DNA of 28,293 bases from a virus (lineage: Duplodnaviria; Caudoviricetes), in IMG/VR virus record IMGVR_UViG_3300048577_000235, positions 1 through 28,293 of that record; one strand, 5' to 3'. The translations under genes were made by a program, and so were the position numbers. Within the stretch, counting starts at the first letter, position 1. Every line of letters starts with the position of its first letter. Of this stretch, positions 24,795-28,293 are shown piece by piece. The notes under the pieces are model-generated. The model ran no database searches. It saw nothing but the letters and a program-made list of their open reading frames with translations, and had not been told where the DNA came from.

Positions 24795-24903
24795 CCCGGC
24801 TAGGCTTCTTGTCCGGACAACCCGCCAGATAGCGGCGGGAGGGGCCACGGGCCTTGGACATATTGCTTGATGACATGCCCCCAGGTCCCTGTTATTGAGG
24901 AGC

Positions 24904-25074
24904 ATGGAATGGATCTTTATCAGCCTTGCCGTAGGACTTCTTGCCTTGGTAGCCATCTTCGCCATCGCAGCCAACAGCAATGTCAGTGCGACTGCCCCAG
25001 GATTTATCGACTTTGATAAATACAAGTCCCAGGAACTTTCCACGCGCGGGCTATTCAACAAGACCAAATGGTGA
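24904..25074 (+). CDS. Small membrane protein (56 aa), not in the ORF track
   Basis: GAGGAG before ATG; MEWIFISLAVGLLALVAIFAIAANS...KTKW. Confidence 0.6.
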   Translation: MEWIFISLAVGLLALVAIFAIAANSNVSATAPGFIDFDKYKSQELSTRGLFNKTKW

Positions 25075-25318
25075 TGCCCTTGGCGCGGCGTTTCAGCCGA
25101 GCAGGGCCGAGGACAAGTTCTTGCCCCATGTTGGCTTTTGTTACAGATCTGGTATAGAATGCCATATGTCTCGGGCGGGATTATGAGGAAATCGGGAACA
25201 GACGGCAGGGGGAACTGACCGGATTTTCGTTTCAAAAGGGGAAGGCGCTCGGCATGCGCCCTTGGGCGCGGCTGCTGTACTTTACAGATCCGCCTTCCGC
25301 CGACTGTGGATTGACGAG

Positions 25319-25358
25319 AAAGGCTTTTGGGGTGGCTCCCGGAAGCCTTTTTCCTTTT
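25319..25358 (+). terminator. Intrinsic terminator
   Basis: 13-bp stem AAAGGCTTTTGGG / CCCGGAAGCCTTT followed by a T-rich tail. Confidence 0.65.
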
Positions 25359-25801
25359 AGCGTCGCCGGCCTCACCGCAGACCAGGCGTTTCCGTCCTTG
25401 CTGGAGTGTTCGTAGAGGCGCAGGCGCGAAATCGCCCATGCGGGTGCGGCGCGAGGCGGAGACGAGGAGGTTTTCCAAAGGCTGTCGTCGGCGAAACGAC
25501 ATACGCGGGCGCGGCCCGAGACGGCGGCCTGGGCAACACCCTTGCCCGGCCCGGGGGCCGAAGGAACTGGCGAGCCGTTGCGGACGGGATGGAGCCTGGC
25601 CCATGCCTCAGGCCGGCGGCCCGGCAGACAAGGCAATGCCGCCGTGCCGACTTGGCCGAGGGGGTTGCCGTCAACAGGCCGCAAACATTCCCCGGGACCA
25701 TGCCCGGCGCCCAATCCCACGGGCGTCGTGGCCTTGCCTCGCGTCTGTCGCCGCCGCGTCGGCCGAGATCGGGCCGACGCGAGGGGAAACCCGTTTCCCG
25801 G

Positions 25802-26005
25802 CTAGGCGTTTTGCTCCGACGCGTTGCCGTTGGCAATGGCGTTGATGGCTTCCTGCAAGGTCGAGAGCGATTCGCGGCGGACGCCGATGACGCCCTTGCT
25901 CCCGTCCTCCCGCTCGTAACGCAGCAAGGCTTTCTGTTCCTTGTGCGAATAGATTGGTTCGTAAAAAACCGAGATAAAAGCATTTTTGTCAGAGTGGCTG
26001 GCCAT
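25802..26005 (-). CDS. Small hypothetical protein divergent from luxI (67 aa)
   Basis: GGAG RBS; protein-like composition; followed by a GGGAAAC/GTTTCCC inverted repeat. Confidence 0.6.
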   Translation of the reverse strand: MASHSDKNAFISVFYEPIYSHKEQKALLRYEREDGSKGVIGVRRESLSTLQEAINAIANGNASEQNA

Positions 26006-26298
26006 GGTGATTCTCCAAGCAAGTAGAGTGCCCTGTCACCTTGACCGATAGCCCCAAAGCGGAGCTCCGGGCTACTCTAAATAATTATGGGGCCGGCGTG
26101 TTGCGCCGTATCTGATATCCTGTATAGCCATGTTGTATCGATCCGATGCACGGATTTTTTCTGTAAATTCGTCGCGCTGTAGGCAGGTTGCATGTCTTGC
26201 TGATGAATGGCCGAGAGGCGCGGGGTGTCGAACACTGGTAGAACTATCTAGTAACAATGCAAAAATTTTTTATTATAATAAATAAGTTAATCAATAAC

Positions 26299-26318
26299 AA
26301 CTAGAACTATTGACAGGT
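26299..26318 (+). promoter_or_regulatory. lux-box-like element upstream of luxI
   Basis: AACTAGAACTATTGACAGGT fits NNCT-N12-AGNN with the ACAGGT half-site; ~50 bp before the ATG. Confidence 0.6.
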
Positions 26319-26367
26319 TATGCGTTATTAAATCCTCGATATGGATGTGCGAACAAGGAGGTCGCAC

Positions 26368-27111
26368 ATGCAAATCGAGTACAATACGGGCGAACGCCTG
26401 GACAACGGCATCCCCCTCGGCCTGCCGTATGCATCCGCCCAGGACGTCACGGCCAGGGTGCTGCAGGCGCGGGACGTCCCGTCCGCCTATGGGTTGCGGC
26501 ACAAGGTGTTTGCTCAGGAATTACGATGGGTGCCGCAAAGCGACGACGGCCTGGAGCGGGACGTCTATGACGCCCATGCCCTGCATTTCGGCGTGTTTCG
26601 GGACAGGAAGATCCTTTCCTATCTGCGCCTGGTTTCGCCGGAGCATCGCTACATGCTGGAAAAGGAGTTTCGCGCCCTGGTCTCGCCGGACCATGACATC
26701 CGCAAGGCCCCGGACACTCGTGAGGTTTCCCGGTTATGCGTCAGCTTCGACGAGCGCGGCACCAAAGTGCGGACGTCCCTTGGTTCCCTGGGCGTGTCCA
26801 TGCTGCTGTATCGCCAGGTCTACCAGTGGTGCGTCCCCAACAAGGTCCGCTACCTGTATCTGGTGGTCGAGTACAAGGTGCTGCGGTTGCTCAAGATGTT
26901 CGGCTTTCCGTGCGTGCTGGTCGGCGAACCGACGCGGATGCCCGACGGCGTCGTGGCGGCGGCGGCGATCATGGACTGGCGGGAATTCGAGGCGAAAAAC
27001 CTGCTGGCGCGGCCGGAATTGGTGGAGTGGTTCAATCAGGATCCAGAATACCGAGATGGGTTGCTACCGCCACCGCCTGCGGCCTATTCTGAACGTCAAG
27101 TTTCTTTATGA
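26368..27111 (+). CDS. luxI: Acyl-homoserine-lactone synthase (LuxI family)
   Basis: LRHKVFAQELRW, LERDVYD, YLRL, YML and EVSRLCV; ATG 26368 with AGGAGG. Confidence 0.93.
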   Translation: MQIEYNTGERLDNGIPLGLPYASAQDVTARVLQARDVPSAYGLRHKVFAQELRWVPQSDDGLERDVYDAHALHFGVFRDRKILSYLRLVSPEHRYMLEKEFRALVSPDHDIRKAPDTREVSRLCVSFDERGTKVRTSLGSLGVSMLLYRQVYQWCVPNKVRYLYLVVEYKVLRLLKMFGFPCVLVGEPTRMPDGVVAAAAIMDWREFEAKNLLARPELVEWFNQDPEYRDGLLPPPPAAYSERQVSL

Positions 27112-27805
27112 TGTTGTATATGTGATAATTGACCGTGCATTCGCTGATTTGCAGGATGGCCGAGATGTCCCAGGAGCTCTTGCCGTGCTTGAGCCAGCTG
27201 AGGACTTCCCGCTCGCGCCCGGAGAGGATCTTGCGGTTGTGCTGGATCAGACGGGCCTCGATGATTCGTGAGGAGGCCAGATGCAGGTGGGGGACGATGG
27301 TCTCCAGAATGGCGATGATGGTCGGATCGTATTTCTTGAAATTGCCGGAAAAGGAAAACAGGCTGGCCTGCTTGCAAAAACCGAACGGCCGGGCCCCGTA
27401 GGTGTAGCCGTGGATCAGGTTGAAGTCCGAGGCCAGGGTGATGAACTCGCGGGCCGGCTTCTGCGCTTTGTAGGTATGGTCCCAGAATTGGGGCGTGAAG
27501 GATGTGAAGTTGCGTTTGACGATGACGTCGATGCCGCTGAAGTTCTTTTCCTTGTAGGTTTGCAGCCACTCGACGGGGTAATTGATGTTCGCCAGTTCGT
27601 AAGACACGACCATGCCTTCCGGGTCCAGCTTGGCCAGCCCCGAGGTGGATTGGTCGAACGGGAGGATGGTGTTGAGAAGCTCGAAGATCTGCTTGTAGTC
27701 GCTTTCCGTGCTGCACTGTAGGCACTTGACCGTGATGTCGAGCAGGGTGAGCGCGTCGAGTTTGGAAAGTCGCGGGCGTTTCCTCGAACCATCATTGTGA
27801 GACAT
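27032..27805 (-). CDS. luxR: LuxR-family AHL-responsive regulator
   Basis: Autoinducer-binding NYPVEWLQTY..ID..FW..G; HTH LSGREREVLSWLKHGKSSWDISAILQISECTVNYH. Confidence 0.95.
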   Translation of the reverse strand: MSHNDGSRKRPRLSKLDALTLLDITVKCLQCSTESDYKQIFELLNTILPFDQSTSGLAKLDPEGMVVSYELANINYPVEWLQTYKEKNFSGIDVIVKRNFTSFTPQFWDHTYKAQKPAREFITLASDFNLIHGYTYGARPFGFCKQASLFSFSGNFKKYDPTIIAILETIVPHLHLASSRIIEARLIQHNRKILSGREREVLSWLKHGKSSWDISAILQISECTVNYHIYNIIKKLDVQNRPQAVAVATHLGILDPD

Positions 27806-28096
27806 GGCGGCGCCGTGTGGTTGAAGCTTCGTTGCCGGTTGTGGTCGAGACGTTGTCCCTGTCGCAAGGCCGGGCGGTCCTGGGGCTGCCCCGCCGCCGC
27901 GCCGTCGCGCGCGTCTGGTGGCCGGCGCGCGGCAGGGCCATGGCGGAGCTGCCGCGGCCGGGCGCGCCCTGAGGGGGCAACGACCGGCGAGGGCCGGACC
28001 TTCAGTTTGGCGTACCCGGACACGGGACTGTTGGCAAGCTTGTAAAAGAGAGCCTGTTTGGCCAACGCTTCGTGCTTTGCCTTGGGGGCCGAGGCG

Positions 28097-28293
28097 TCAG
28101 GATCGTTCGGGATAGGGCGTCAACAGCAGTTCGCCAAGGTCGAAGCCGGTTTCCAGGCGGGCGCTGTCGCGCTCCACGGCTTCGATGTTGGCCGCAAGCA
28201 GGGCCACCAGTTCGCCGTCGATGCGGCCCCGGGCGGCCTCGTCGGCCAGGATGGCCAGGGCCCGCTGGCGGGACAGGGCCGGCTTGTAATGGC
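28097..28293 (-). CDS. 3' end of an HD-GYP-like phosphohydrolase (partial)
   Basis: HYKPALSRQRALAILADEAARGRIDGELV resembles an HD-GYP C-terminus; stop at 28097. Confidence 0.65.
   Translation of the reverse strand, partial: HYKPALSRQRALAILADEAARGRIDGELVALLAANIEAVERDSARLETGFDLGELLLTPYPERS

Noticed and set aside
25330-25410. Possible c-di-GMP-I riboswitch on the minus strand (GGAAACGCC...GACGC)
   Set aside because: Only scattered resemblance; P1/P2 architecture could not be built and no downstream gene fits.
24729-25845. Long ORFs 24729-25604, 25232-25720, 25372-26022 and 25406-26026
   Set aside because: Arg/Pro-rich GC-driven frames that overlap each other and a terminator; no RBS or domain signal.
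26031-26050. Third lux box (CCTGTCACCTTGACCG)
   Set aside because: Only one half-site matches and the CT-N12-AG spacing is not met.
24795-27805. luxI/luxR as phage cargo
   Set aside because: They lie outside the inferred end repeats next to the repressor and adjoin a host-type HD-GYP gene.

Overview
About 24.8 kb of this window is a Mu-like transposable prophage, encoded almost entirely on the minus strand, in a GC-rich bacterium (gene content suggests Desulfovibrionaceae; this is inference). From its repressor end (~24.79 kb) leftwards it carries a CI-like repressor on the plus strand, CII/Ner-like regulators, a MuA DDE transposase, a MuB-like ATPase, Gam, HU, DUF2786, GemA-like and accessory genes. 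These are followed by a low-GC pair of lipoprotein genes, a lysis module, terminase, portal, MuF, protease/scaffold, decoration protein, capsid, neck proteins and a tail tube; the prophage continues past the left edge. The right 3.5 kb looks like host DNA with small ORFs, a convergent luxI/luxR quorum-sensing pair with a lux-box-like site, and the 3' end of an HD-GYP-like gene. The main non-coding signal is three type II hammerhead ribozymes with intact cores, covarying stems and a pseudoknot, lying on the sense strand between early-operon genes. One sits in the MuA leader and two bracket the DUF2786 gene exactly. There is also an unexplained structured RNA at 22922-23026, a shared late-promoter motif, and an endolysin that fuses a degenerate peptidase to a T4-type lysozyme.
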